Notes: generated by a model not told the origin, from the letters alone. A stretch of 64,000 nucleotides of DNA from Sulfurospirillaceae bacterium (GCA_028684065.1 JAQUGO010000007.1:39507-103506), one strand, 5' to 3'. Shown: positions 25,742 to 35,819, counted from the stretch's first letter. Program-made: numbers and translations.

Positions 25742-28700
25742 AACAACCCACCTTGTGATAGTTTGGCTTTAGGTTTTGCGGTTTTTTTGTTCCATAGTCC
25801 TGCTTTGACTTCGGCTTCGTAGCGTTCGGTGTTGAGTTTGTAGAGGCGTCGCAGGATTTCTAGCCTTGCTTTTTCGCTGATGGTGTAGCGAACTCTATCG
25901 TTTACTGGGAGGTAAGGTACTTCGTAGAAGTCGTGGGCTAAGTCTAGGTCGCTCCATCCATACGCCTCTTTGACGGTTTCGTTGATGTTGTGGTGAAATT
26001 CTCGTAAGGTTTTAAATGCTTCGCGTGTCTCTTTTGGGGTATGAAAGGCATTGTAAAGTTTGGTCAAACCGATGTTGTGCTCTTTTATCATCGTACTTCT
26101 TAACGCATGATACTCCTTGCCTAGTTTTTCAAGTTTTTGTACTAAAGGATGTGAAAAATCACATAAAGTAGGATTGGCTGGGAAAAGCTCTGGGAATGGG
26201 AAAGTTTCAAAACAATCAGATGGAGTATATCTAAGCCCAGTACCCAGAGAAGAACCATTTTTTCTTGCCCATTCATCATGAATAGTTGATTGCAAAAGAC
26301 TAAAATATGAAATATTTGTATATCCACAAACACCCAAAGCATGAGTAAATACACATTCGAAATCTACTATTGAAACTATCCAATGTTTTGCATTTAATCC
26401 AAACGATAGAACTCTCTCCATCGGCTCTTTTGGATACTCAAAATCACTCGGATGCTTCTCAAAACTTGCCCCTCGTCCGATAGCGTGGTAAAGCGCTGGT
26501 GTCTTTTCTGCAAACTGCCACCATCTTTCTCTTCTCTCTTTTCGATTAAGTTTATCCCTTTCAGGTTTCACTCGTTCTACCACTTGTTCTAACAACTCAG
26601 GATATTCTCCCGCTTTTTCCAAACTCCAATCCCAAAAATTAATCACATAACGGCTTGGCTCTTGTGTAGGTGAGCTATTGAGGTCATCACCATTAATATA
26701 GGGGAAAAGTGCTTTGCTGTAGTGAGGCTTTACATGTAAAATATTTTCTGCTTCTTCTGGAGTCATAGTAAAACCCATACCCAAAACATAACTTCCAATA
26801 AAAGAGCAACTTTCATTGGCTTTGAGGGTATTTGGCTTTTTATCATCCTCAGCAGATAAAAATGGACTGATAAACTCTACTTCTACAGCACTCAGTATCT
26901 TTTGTTTATTGATTTGCCCTTTGCAAAAGTGCACACGACTGGTGACGACAGTAGCTTGTCCCTCCCATGGTTCATTGGGAAATGCAGCGTAAATCATGCC
27001 TTTGTCCACCATTTGTGCAAGTCCAACTTCTCTGGTGTCACCCTCGGCGATAGTGTTGGTGGCTAAAAGCCCAAAGGTTCCTTTCGGTTTTAGTAACTGC
27101 AAGGCTCGTAAAAAGAAATACGCCACCAAGTCAGCGCTACCTCTTTGTCCATGCCCTAAGTATTTAACCAAGTATTCACGGTAAGGTTCGCCAAAAAAGC
27201 CTGTCAGTTTTTGTCCACCTAAAAACGGTGGATTTCCCACAATGGCATCAAAACCACCATTGTCTAGCATGACTTCGGGGAATTCTAAGAGATAACTAAA
27301 AGGCTCAAAATCCCCTGATGGGTCGATGGCATTGGCACTTAAAAAGGCTAATTTTTCTTTGGTGCTTTGAAGCAAGGCATCACTTTTAGCAAGCAGTTCT
27401 TTTTTCTTTTCTACTTCTAGGTCACTGAGCCTTTCAACTTCTTTACGAAATTCGATGGCTTTGTCTAGGTCTTTTTTATTGAGCACATTAAAGAGGCTGC
27501 TTTGGTTGTTGAATAGTTTTTTGACTTCGCTTTCATGGATGACACCCACCAGTGAGTCCCCGTGTTTGAAGGCATGGTCGATGAAAGTGAACGGCAGGCT
27601 TTTATCGAGTGTTTCAAGCCAGATGGATATCTTGGCGATTTCCACCGCAAGGGGGTTGATATCGACGCCGTAGATGCACTCTTTGGCTACAAAGCGTTTG
27701 GCATAGCGTTTTTGCTCATCATATTCTTTTGGGATTGGTAAAGACGCTGAAGAAGTACAAGGCAGTGCGTAAGGAATACACAACGACTCTTCGGTGGCGT
27801 TGAGTGCTTGTTGCCACGCTTCCACCAAACGCTCACTCATATAACGAATCGTTTGGACTAAAAAGGCACCGCTTCCCATAGCGATGTCGGCTATCTTTAA
27901 CGAGAGGATTTCTTTGGCGGATTTGAGTGTGCCTTGTTCATCGTAAAGATGTGGGTCAAGCGTGGTTTTAACCATCTTGGCAGTTAGGGCTTCTGGTGTG
28001 TAATGTGCACCTGTGGCGCGTCGCTTGGTGGATGTTGAGAGGTATAAGCTAAAGGATGGAACCACCTCATGAATTAAAGTGGCATATGGTGTTAGCATCT
28101 CTTGGTAGGTTTGCTCAAGCACTGTAAGCTTTTGTGTCACTTCTTCATCTGGGGCAAAGCGATTTTCTAGCTGTTTGGTGGTTGGTGCTTTGTTTTGTTG
28201 GGTATTGTTTTTGATGAATTCACCCAGCTTTTCATCGCTTACATGTAAGAGTTCATCGGCTTTTATGGCGTATTCGTTACCTTTGGGTGCAAACTTGATG
28301 AGTGGCGTTTGACCGCTTCTATCGACACTGTAGGCTAGTAAACCCTCATAGATATAGCCGATATGCTCGACATTGAGTGAGTGATAACTAAAACTTTGCG
28401 TGATGGTCTCTTTGCCGATTTTCCCTTCAGCATGGGTGAGAAGCCATAGGATTTCATAGATCTCTTCATTTTTAGGCTCGAAGCGTTCATCAAAAAGCAA
28501 TGGAAATTTTTCTGGAGCAAATATCTCTCCGCCATAACGAGGACTTAACATATCGGGGTGGTTGGAGCCATAGTAGATGATGTTAAAAAGTGCTACAATC
28601 TGCTGGTAGGCATCGCTTCTATAAGCTAACTCTTCCGAGGCTTTTTGCTCGTTGAGAAGGCTCATAAGCGTATGAAGCCCGTAGGCTTTGTCATATAAAA

Positions 28701-29556
28701 GCTCACCATGCGGTAACATGGACTTTTGTTCGGCGTATAAAACAAAGACGAGTTTGATAATGGTGGAAACAGACATCTGGTAAATCGTGTCGTTTGGAAC
28801 ACCATAAAGCAGTTCGCTTTTGCTCTCTTTGTTGGCACGGTCTAGGATTTTGATGAATTTGATGACGGACTCTCTGACTTGAAGCCCTAGTTTATCCGTA
28901 ATTTCTATCTGTTTTTTATGTGATTCTTCGGCAAGTTCTCTAAGCCTTGAGAGAATATCTTCGCTTAAAATGGCTACAAACGCACTTAAAAGCCGTCCTT
29001 CTTGCATCATACTTTCAAAGTCAAACTCGATATAGTTGAGACTTCCTTCATTGGAGTGATAGATAAGTCTCCAAGTGCTTCCATTGGTCACGATGCCAAA
29101 GGTTGACTTGGTCTCTTTGATGAGGCGTTCGCATTTTGCGATGGGAGAAGCACGCCATTTTCCCTCTAGGTTTTCGTTAGTACGAAGGTTTTGGTTCTTC
29201 TCGCTTACATAGATAGGAATGAAGTTTTGCTTTACATGTAAAACTCTCTGCGGTCTCAAATCTTGTGCATACTCTGGCAGATAAACGATAAGCTCACTGG
29301 GGATGGCATTTGACTTGATGAGTGTGTGTTTTAAAAGCTCTAAGATGGTATCTGTAAAACTAAGGCTTGTATTTGCATAGTCGCTTAGATCAAATTTCTC
29401 ATATGCGTGTTTTATCTGCTTGGTCAGCCAGTTGTTGGGCTGTTTGAAGCCTTCGCTAAAATGTTCTAATAAAACAGGTTCAGAGAGGATAAGCCCGCTT
29501 CTATCTGTAAGGTTGAGCCAATCTGCATGGTAGGTGGATTTGGTTGATTTTGCCAT
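25738..29556 (-). CDS. drmMI: large N6-adenine DNA methyltransferase (Eco57I/PglX/DrmMI-like)
   Basis: SAM-binding loop IADIAMGSGAFLV and catalytic motif AIVGNPPFLGG. The start is trimmed to the ATG at 29556 (MAKSTKST), 1 nt after the SNF2 stop. Confidence 0.8.
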   Translation of the reverse strand: MAKSTKSTYHADWLNLTDRSGLILSEPVLLEHFSEGFKQPNNWLTKQIKHAYEKFDLSDYANTSLSFTDTILELLKHTLIKSNAIPSELIVYLPEYAQDLRPQRVLHVKQNFIPIYVSEKNQNLRTNENLEGKWRASPIAKCERLIKETKSTFGIVTNGSTWRLIYHSNEGSLNYIEFDFESMMQEGRLLSAFVAILSEDILSRLRELAEESHKKQIEITDKLGLQVRESVIKFIKILDRANKESKSELLYGVPNDTIYQMSVSTIIKLVFVLYAEQKSMLPHGELLYDKAYGLHTLMSLLNEQKASEELAYRSDAYQQIVALFNIIYYGSNHPDMLSPRYGGEIFAPEKFPLLFDERFEPKNEEIYEILWLLTHAEGKIGKETITQSFSYHSLNVEHIGYIYEGLLAYSVDRSGQTPLIKFAPKGNEYAIKADELLHVSDEKLGEFIKNNTQQNKAPTTKQLENRFAPDEEVTQKLTVLEQTYQEMLTPYATLIHEVVPSFSLYLSTSTKRRATGAHYTPEALTAKMVKTTLDPHLYDEQGTLKSAKEILSLKIADIAMGSGAFLVQTIRYMSERLVEAWQQALNATEESLCIPYALPCTSSASLPIPKEYDEQKRYAKRFVAKECIYGVDINPLAVEIAKISIWLETLDKSLPFTFIDHAFKHGDSLVGVIHESEVKKLFNNQSSLFNVLNKKDLDKAIEFRKEVERLSDLEVEKKKELLAKSDALLQSTKEKLAFLSANAIDPSGDFEPFSYLLEFPEVMLDNGGFDAIVGNPPFLGGQKLTGFFGEPYREYLVKYLGHGQRGSADLVAYFFLRALQLLKPKGTFGLLATNTIAEGDTREVGLAQMVDKGMIYAAFPNEPWEGQATVVTSRVHFCKGQINKQKILSAVEVEFISPFLSAEDDKKPNTLKANESCSFIGSYVLGMGFTMTPEEAENILHVKPHYSKALFPYINGDDLNSSPTQEPSRYVINFWDWSLEKAGEYPELLEQVVERVKPERDKLNRKERRERWWQFAEKTPALYHAIGRGASFEKHPSDFEYPKEPMERVLSFGLNAKHWIVSIVDFECVFTHALGVCGYTNISYFSLLQSTIHDEWARKNGSSLGTGLRYTPSDCFETFPFPELFPANPTLCDFSHPLVQKLEKLGKEYHALRSTMIKEHNIGLTKLYNAFHTPKETREAFKTLREFHHNINETVKEAYGWSDLDLAHDFYEVPYLPVNDRVRYTISEKARLEILRRLYKLNTERYEAEVKAGLWNKKTAKPKAKLSQGGLF

Positions 29557-29557
29557 G

Positions 29558-32551
29558 TTAGTTGACCTCACTTTTTGGGATATACACAACCGCACTCAAG
29601 AAAAACTCCTTGGTGTCTTTTATGGTGTACTCACTTTTTATCTCATTTGGTTCTTCATCTTGTCGTTTTAAAAGGTCATCGCGTCTATACTCAAGCCAGC
29701 GCAAATCGTCTTTGAACTGTATCTCTTCTTCAGTCGTAAAAAGGTTGACTTGTTTTTGAATTTCACCGCGCATAACTTTAATACGCTCTTCTATCTCCGC
29801 TAAACGCTCTTTGATAAGGGCTTTGGTGATTTTGATGTGCTCATTGGCTTTTTGCTTGAGCGTTTCTTTGAGTGTCTCGACTTTGCCATCTACGATGGTA
29901 TTCATGTGCTCTTTGATACTCTCTTTATTGCCGTGAATGGTGCTTCGTAGTTTTTCTGAAAGTGTTAAAGGAATCTGTGAAAAACTAAATGGCAAAGATG
30001 AAAGAGTCTTCTCTACAGGGGTAAATCTCCCATTTTCCAATGCAAAGTTTTTAAATATCAACTCTTCATGGATGAGTGAACCGCTTTGGCTCAGTGCCAA
30101 CACTCTGGTGACACACTCGATGTGAACCTTGTTTAACCCTTCTACCACTTTATAGCTCATACGGGCGATGTTGGCTCCTTTGATGGAAGGGAAAAGGCGT
30201 TTTCTAAAATCGGCGATGGCATACTTGATCAAAGGGTGAGAGAGATGCAATAAAATAACATCGTTTCTATCTTCCTTTAACGCTGCATCAAAGATGAGCT
30301 TGCGCTTGTTGCCATCTTTATCGAGCATGCTTTCTCTGGCGATTTTCCATGAAAAAGGAACTTCTTTGAGGATGTAGCTTTCTATAAGTTCCCCGCTTTG
30401 AGCAAAAGGTGGTAAACCATGAAGTTTTAGTGCTGCGTCTAAAAGCTCTTTGATATTTTTAGGTGTATAGTGCAGTGCTTCTTTGGAAGCGTTGAGTTCA
30501 TCGAGAAGATGAGCGTAACTTATCTTTGTTTTGATTTCATTTTTGATGTCTTGGTGGATAATCGCTTGACGACTTTCACCAAAGTCCATGGTTTTACTGG
30601 TTCCAAAAATCATGGCATTTTGAAGGTTTTTTTCGATGATATCAGAAATGGCTCCAAGGTCTGAACGCATTTGCTCTGTTTTGGTGATGATGACTTGTAA
30701 GAAGTCCGAATCTCGTCTGTTTTTATGGTGAAAATGGCAGATAAACACTTCATCAAATTTTTGTCCAAAACGGTCTATCCTACCATTTCGTTGTTCCATC
30801 TTGTTAGGGTTCCATGGAATCTCATAGTGAATCAAAAAGCGACAATGGTTTTGGAGGTTGAGACCTTCACTTGCAGCGTCCGTTGCTATCAAAACGCGTG
30901 TTCTGTTCTCATGGGGTGATTCTTGAAAGACTCTTTTGATAACTTCGCGCTCTTCCAAGGATGAACCACCACTAAGCGTGATAAATCTTCCACCATCATC
31001 CAGTTCTCTAAGGGCTTCAAGGAGGTATTCCATAGTGTCTTTGTACTCAGTGAATATGATGAGTCGCTCAGGCTTCCACTTGCCTTTTTCAAACAAATGG
31101 GCTTTGATAAATTCTACTGTTTCTTTGATTTTGGTGTCATCTTTTGGCTCTTTTGCGAGAAGAACTATCTCGTTTAAAATGCGTTTTTCTTCAGGCGTTA
31201 ACGATTTGGTTGCTTTGGTGGATTCGACGGTGGCTATCTCTTCGTTTTGGTCTTTTTCCATGTCGTTTGAGTAGTCTTCTTTGGCAAGCTGTTCAAGGCG
31301 TGAGAGAAGTTTTTGGTCGGTGATAGCGCTTTCATCTATCTCATCCACACCAGCTTGATGCCAAACGATAGAGCTGTAAAATGCTTTGGGACTAGAGAGT
31401 GCTCTTTTTTTCAAAATCGTCATTGCAAAAGCGACGGTGTGACCGTTGTGGTTGTTTTTCATGCGCAACTCTATGTACTCATCCAAAAGAGAATGTAAAT
31501 GTTCTTCTGCTGGCGTTGCATCGATGCTTAGAGCTTGAATGGTGCGCTTGGCAAAGCTTTTTTTGCTTTCGATATTTTCTTTTAAACGGCGAATCATGAT
31601 GTTATTTAGATGAGCTTCATTAATTTTTGGACCACGACTAAAACGAATGGGATCTAGGGATTCTAGCAGGGCTGTAAAACTTTCGGTGTGCCCATTGTGT
31701 GGTGTTGCTGTAAGAAAAAGTCTATGCTCAAACTCAGGGGCAATGTCATGAATGAGTTTGGTGCGTTCACTGTCTTTGATGTACTTTTGCTTTCCACTTG
31801 GCACGGTGTTGTGCGCTTCATCAAGGATGAGTAAATCCCAACGCTTTAACTGAGAATGAGATGTAGTCGAGCTTTTAAAAAGCTGTTTGACTTGCTCTTT
31901 TTTAAGATAATCCATAGAGATGATAAGCCTTGGATGAGAGGTAAAAGGGTTGGCATTGATGCCATACTCTCTTCTAAGTCCCAAGAGTTCTTCTCTATCG
32001 ATGATTTTAAAATCAAGACCAAATTTTTCACTCATCTCACCTTGCCACTGATAGAGCAATGAAGCAGGTGCGACTATCAAAATCTTTTTAATCCGTCCAC
32101 GGTGAAGCATCTCTTGGACAATCAAACCTGCTTCAATAGTTTTACCCAAACCAACATCATCGGCGATGAGAAGATTGACCCTTGGCATTTTAACGGCACG
32201 ACTTACAGGTTCAAGTTGATAATCTTCGATGTCGATAGCACCCTTTAGAGGGGCTGTGAGGTTGGCTCCAAATAAAAAAGAATGTGACGACCAGTTGATA
32301 GCATTGATAAGGGCATGGATGGTTTGTGGATGGTCAAATGGCATGTGGGTATCTGGGAAAGTGTCACTGTCCCAAAGTTTTTTGGTGGCATCATTCTCGC
32401 GTTCCCAGATGATTTCCATGGTCTGCCCCAAGGTCTCTTCATCAATAGACTCGATGGTTAATTTACTCTCACCTTTGTGTATGGAGACATCATTGACATA
32501 AAAATATCGGTGTCGTAAAGTCACTAACTGTCCAATCTGTGGTCGCATCAC
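29558..32551 (-). CDS. drmD: SNF2-family helicase (DrmD-like)
   Basis: Motifs LIADDVGLGKTIEAG, LILDEAHN, TATPHNG, ATDAASEGLNLQ and QRNGRIDRFGQ. Confidence 0.85.
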   Translation of the reverse strand: MMRPQIGQLVTLRHRYFYVNDVSIHKGESKLTIESIDEETLGQTMEIIWERENDATKKLWDSDTFPDTHMPFDHPQTIHALINAINWSSHSFLFGANLTAPLKGAIDIEDYQLEPVSRAVKMPRVNLLIADDVGLGKTIEAGLIVQEMLHRGRIKKILIVAPASLLYQWQGEMSEKFGLDFKIIDREELLGLRREYGINANPFTSHPRLIISMDYLKKEQVKQLFKSSTTSHSQLKRWDLLILDEAHNTVPSGKQKYIKDSERTKLIHDIAPEFEHRLFLTATPHNGHTESFTALLESLDPIRFSRGPKINEAHLNNIMIRRLKENIESKKSFAKRTIQALSIDATPAEEHLHSLLDEYIELRMKNNHNGHTVAFAMTILKKRALSSPKAFYSSIVWHQAGVDEIDESAITDQKLLSRLEQLAKEDYSNDMEKDQNEEIATVESTKATKSLTPEEKRILNEIVLLAKEPKDDTKIKETVEFIKAHLFEKGKWKPERLIIFTEYKDTMEYLLEALRELDDGGRFITLSGGSSLEEREVIKRVFQESPHENRTRVLIATDAASEGLNLQNHCRFLIHYEIPWNPNKMEQRNGRIDRFGQKFDEVFICHFHHKNRRDSDFLQVIITKTEQMRSDLGAISDIIEKNLQNAMIFGTSKTMDFGESRQAIIHQDIKNEIKTKISYAHLLDELNASKEALHYTPKNIKELLDAALKLHGLPPFAQSGELIESYILKEVPFSWKIARESMLDKDGNKRKLIFDAALKEDRNDVILLHLSHPLIKYAIADFRKRLFPSIKGANIARMSYKVVEGLNKVHIECVTRVLALSQSGSLIHEELIFKNFALENGRFTPVEKTLSSLPFSFSQIPLTLSEKLRSTIHGNKESIKEHMNTIVDGKVETLKETLKQKANEHIKITKALIKERLAEIEERIKVMRGEIQKQVNLFTTEEEIQFKDDLRWLEYRRDDLLKRQDEEPNEIKSEYTIKDTKEFFLSAVVYIPKSEVN

Positions 32552-32610
32552 TTATCCTTCATTTTATAAAAAATATTATTTTATCGTAATATGTATTTTA
32601 TTTAGACTTC

Positions 32611-32748
32611 TTATTTCCATTTCCGCCTTGCAAAATGACGCCCTATTCTTCTTGCTATACGATCATCCGATGGATGAATACGCGTAACAGGTGAAGCAAA
32701 AATCTTATATACAAAGAAAATAATGATGAAAGCAATGAAAAATTCCAT
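32611..32748 (-). CDS. possible 45-aa hydrophobic/basic peptide (MEFFIAFIIIFFVYKIF...RRKWK)
   Basis: My own translation. AGGAG lies 6 nt upstream of the ATG. Not in the track because it is under 60 aa. Confidence 0.3.
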   Translation of the reverse strand: MEFFIAFIIIFFVYKIFASPVTRIHPSDDRIARRIGRHFARRKWK

Positions 32749-32772
32749 GGGTAGCTCCTGAATATTTTATAT

Positions 32773-33903
32773 CTAAGCAATTTTTTTGGCTAACACAATA
32801 TTTGAGTCATATTGCTGTATAAAAGGATAAATATCTTTTGCAATGGATTCAGCTAGTGATGAAAATTCAATAAGCAAAATTTCCAACGACTTGATTTTAT
32901 CTTGATGATTAAAAATCTTTCTACTTAAATCTGGAACATTGAGATTATCTCTAAAAGAATAATTCGTGAATAAAAGATAAAGAAAAGCTCTGATTTTTTC
33001 CACTAAGCCTACTCTCATATTGTATGGTAAGTATAATTCTTGCTCCATGTGATATGCTATGGATGCTAAATCGTAACTTGAAAGTTTTTTTGCTGCATGT
33101 TGTTTGTAATCAGGCATATCCGCTACAATATTTTTCATCAAACGAATTACGCTACGTAAATTACCATTATAAATATCATCCCTATCTGATATTAGCTTGA
33201 TATGTTTAAATGGTAAATTTAATTCCAACTCATGAGTGTTTTTATGGTAAATTTTTATTCCTCTATCTGATTGTTGCCTAGTTTGTTGATAATCACGTGT
33301 ATCGTACCATGATGCTGGAACAATATCCACTTTTCTTAGCAAACTTCCTTCACTTAATTTGATAGCCTTATTTCCCGTACAATCAATATTGGCTTGCGGA
33401 AAATTTTTAGGCAAAATGTTTTCTGAATTTAAGCGTATATCTTTAATAACATCCACCATAGATCTAGGGGTACTAGGTGATGAGTACATATGTGGGAATA
33501 TTTCTGGGACTTCAACTATCACTAAATCCTCATAAACTATAAGCATATCGACGTCGGAGTGACCTTTAATATGAACATCCAATGCAACAGAACCTTGCAA
33601 CTTAGCTGTAGCATTAATTCCTCTAAGTGCCAAACTTTTAATTAAGCTATCGGCGACCCTTTGCCCTTCAGATATAGAAATATTTGTTGATTTTTCATCA
33701 ACAGGAGCCATTCCACCAATAGCATATTTTATACTATCTGATTCGTTTAGAGTTTCATATATTTCTTGTTTTCTTAAATCCTGTCCAGAGAAAAGGGCAT
33801 AATTTTTTGACAATAAATCTAATTGGGACTCATATATTGCTCGTTCTTTTGAGCCTTGCCTCCTTTCTTTTAGTGAGGCTAATCGTTTTTTAAAGTCAAT
33901 CAT
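32773..33903 (-). CDS. SMODS/CD-NTase-like nucleotidyltransferase (CBASS cyclase-like)
   Basis: The Pol-beta NTase pattern GS...DxD is seen as LQGSVALDVHIKGHSDVDMLIV. A third acidic residue is in the context KVDIVPA. Confidence 0.6.
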   Translation of the reverse strand: MIDFKKRLASLKERRQGSKERAIYESQLDLLSKNYALFSGQDLRKQEIYETLNESDSIKYAIGGMAPVDEKSTNISISEGQRVADSLIKSLALRGINATAKLQGSVALDVHIKGHSDVDMLIVYEDLVIVEVPEIFPHMYSSPSTPRSMVDVIKDIRLNSENILPKNFPQANIDCTGNKAIKLSEGSLLRKVDIVPASWYDTRDYQQTRQQSDRGIKIYHKNTHELELNLPFKHIKLISDRDDIYNGNLRSVIRLMKNIVADMPDYKQHAAKKLSSYDLASIAYHMEQELYLPYNMRVGLVEKIRAFLYLLFTNYSFRDNLNVPDLSRKIFNHQDKIKSLEILLIEFSSLAESIAKDIYPFIQQYDSNIVLAKKIA

Positions 33904-34495
33904 TATTTATCCTTTCTATATTCATAATTCCAAATGTTTTTCGACCGTTATTATTAAAATATGAAGCATCTCCAACTGCTATTGATTTATCAATAACTAT
34001 TTGACAATATCCTTTGTGTGCATTTAACTCATGCGATTGCTCAATGCGTGGCTCATTTTTATAACTGTAGCTTAATAACCACTCTCCAAAACCATGTTGC
34101 TTTTCCAAGGTTGCCGTTTGACTAAAACTTTGACTTTGCTCAGTTTTCAAACAAATCGCTACATGTTTCCATGTCTGTTCAATAGCTATTATGGCATTCC
34201 AATCATATTTGGTTGATCCATCTTCGTTTAAAGCTTTTCCTTTTACATTCCATGTCCCAGCAAGATTTGGTATTTTAAAAAATGGTAATTTCCAAGCCCA
34301 ATTATTAAATATCCAATGCAATATAAAATATACTACACCTGTTGCTACTGTTGCTTTTGTAAATGCTTCTAAACCAGTCCAGCTATATGAAATTATAAAA
34401 ACCTGAGAAATCCCTCCAGATATCAATATTGCAAAAACTCCCAACCACCGACCTATTGCTACTCTATCATGTCCAAATATTGCATAATCGTGCAT
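33896..34495 (-). CDS. 2TM + beta-rich effector (S-2TMbeta / Cap15-like)
   Basis: Two N-terminal TM helices (WLGVFAILISGGISQVFIISY and VVYFILHWIFNNWAW), then a beta-strand-rich C-terminal half. It overlaps the cyclase start by 8 nt. Confidence 0.5.
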   Translation of the reverse strand: MHDYAIFGHDRVAIGRWLGVFAILISGGISQVFIISYSWTGLEAFTKATVATGVVYFILHWIFNNWAWKLPFFKIPNLAGTWNVKGKALNEDGSTKYDWNAIIAIEQTWKHVAICLKTEQSQSFSQTATLEKQHGFGEWLLSYSYKNEPRIEQSHELNAHKGYCQIVIDKSIAVGDASYFNNNGRKTFGIMNIERINND

Positions 34496-34830
34496 TATCT
34501 ACCTACCATCTTATTGATAAATCTATCTATTAAACCAATCCAATATAAAAAATAGACAACAAAAATTGATAAAACGAGGGATAGGACAAAATAGAACTCT
34601 TTAACATAAAGGTAAATTAGTGTTGCTAAGATAGGCAAGATGACTGCCAAAAATGCATTTTCAGTTAGCTTATTTTTGGTTTTTTCCCTTAAATTGAACT
34701 CAAAAGCGATATCGTGCCTTAGAATGGAAACACCTATTGCTAACACAAGTATGAATGTGATTAACCAAATATTATTTTCAAATATTTTGGTAAAGTGATT
34801 GATTATGATTGCTCCAAAGTCTGGTACCAT
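34495..34830 (-). CDS. small 3-TM membrane protein
   Basis: Three hydrophobic helices. Its stop overlaps the start of the 2TM-beta gene (TAATG). Confidence 0.4.
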   Translation of the reverse strand: MVPDFGAIIINHFTKIFENNIWLITFILVLAIGVSILRHDIAFEFNLREKTKNKLTENAFLAVILPILATLIYLYVKEFYFVLSLVLSIFVVYFLYWIGLIDRFINKMVGR

Positions 34831-34873
34831 GATTTCTCCTCTTGTAATTTATTACAATAGAAGTATGGCATAA

Positions 34874-34899
34874 GTAGAAGCGGAATAAATCGCTTCTAC
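34874..34899 (-). terminator. 9-bp perfect hairpin just downstream of the WYL gene
   Basis: GTAGAAGCG (34874-34882) pairs with CGCTTCTAC (34891-34899), with an 8-nt loop. The T-tract is weak. Confidence 0.4.
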
Positions 34900-34904
34900 T
34901 CTAA

Positions 34905-35819
34905 TTAAATATCTGATTTTGTGTAGTTAGCGATATTTTCGAAAATTTTTTCATGAATAAAAAGAGGCGAGATGACTTTAATATAGGGCAAATACTGTTG
35001 AATCGTAGGGATAATTTCCATTTCATCGGTAATCCAAATATCAAGTTGGTCATAAGTTTCGTCATGCTTTGTTATATGTTGTGAGGCTGAGAGTGGCTGT
35101 CGTTTAAAATATTTGCTAACCTGCTTGTGTACTAAAAGTTTTACAGGAATCAGCTCGGCATCTTTAAAATATGCGTTTATTGCGTTATCAAGATGTCCGA
35201 TGACTCTATTTTCGGGGATGGTGAAAGTTTCATCTTGCAAAGAGAGTACTTCTAAACTTTTGAGATGGTATGTTCGAACTTCTTTATTATCGGTGTCCCA
35301 TAGAAACAAGTACCAAAATCCCTCCAAAAGTACAATTTTTAAAGGATAAACGGTTCTATCTTTGTCTTTATATCTACATGTAAGCACTTTATTTTGAGAG
35401 ATAGCTGTTTTGACGATTGCAAGTTTTCCTTCATCGTCTTTTTCAATTTTTTCAATTTTTGTTTTTTTATAAATAGTCAATGAGGCTCTGCGTTTAAAAC
35501 GATTAAAAAGCCTTTGAGTAGAGAGCAAAAACTGTTTTCCATAACTATTTGCATGGTGTTCAAGCACCCTCATGGTGATTAATTCGTCTTCACTTGATAG
35601 TGTTTCATCCAGGAAGCCTCTTTTGGCTATCCATTTTTGAATACTTTTATCGAATCGTATCTCTGCTATTTCTATAGGTACTAAGTATTTTTTGATATTG
35701 TCTTGAATAGTTTTTTCAGGTATGGCGTATTGTTTGCTGATGGTTGGTATGTGTATTGGTTGCCCATTTGATAATTGTCGCAGTAATTTTGGTAAAAGAT
35801 CGATAATCGTTTGATTCAC
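34905..35819 (-). CDS. WYL-domain transcriptional regulator (HTH-WYL-WCX; CapW/BrxR-like)
   Basis: VYPLKIVLLEGFWYLFLWD is the WYL motif. N-terminal HTH-like region. GTG start overlaps the DUF2779 stop (GTGA). Confidence 0.7.
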   Translation of the reverse strand: MNQTIIDLLPKLLRQLSNGQPIHIPTISKQYAIPEKTIQDNIKKYLVPIEIAEIRFDKSIQKWIAKRGFLDETLSSEDELITMRVLEHHANSYGKQFLLSTQRLFNRFKRRASLTIYKKTKIEKIEKDDEGKLAIVKTAISQNKVLTCRYKDKDRTVYPLKIVLLEGFWYLFLWDTDNKEVRTYHLKSLEVLSLQDETFTIPENRVIGHLDNAINAYFKDAELIPVKLLVHKQVSKYFKRQPLSASQHITKHDETYDQLDIWITDEMEIIPTIQQYLPYIKVISPLFIHEKIFENIANYTKSDI

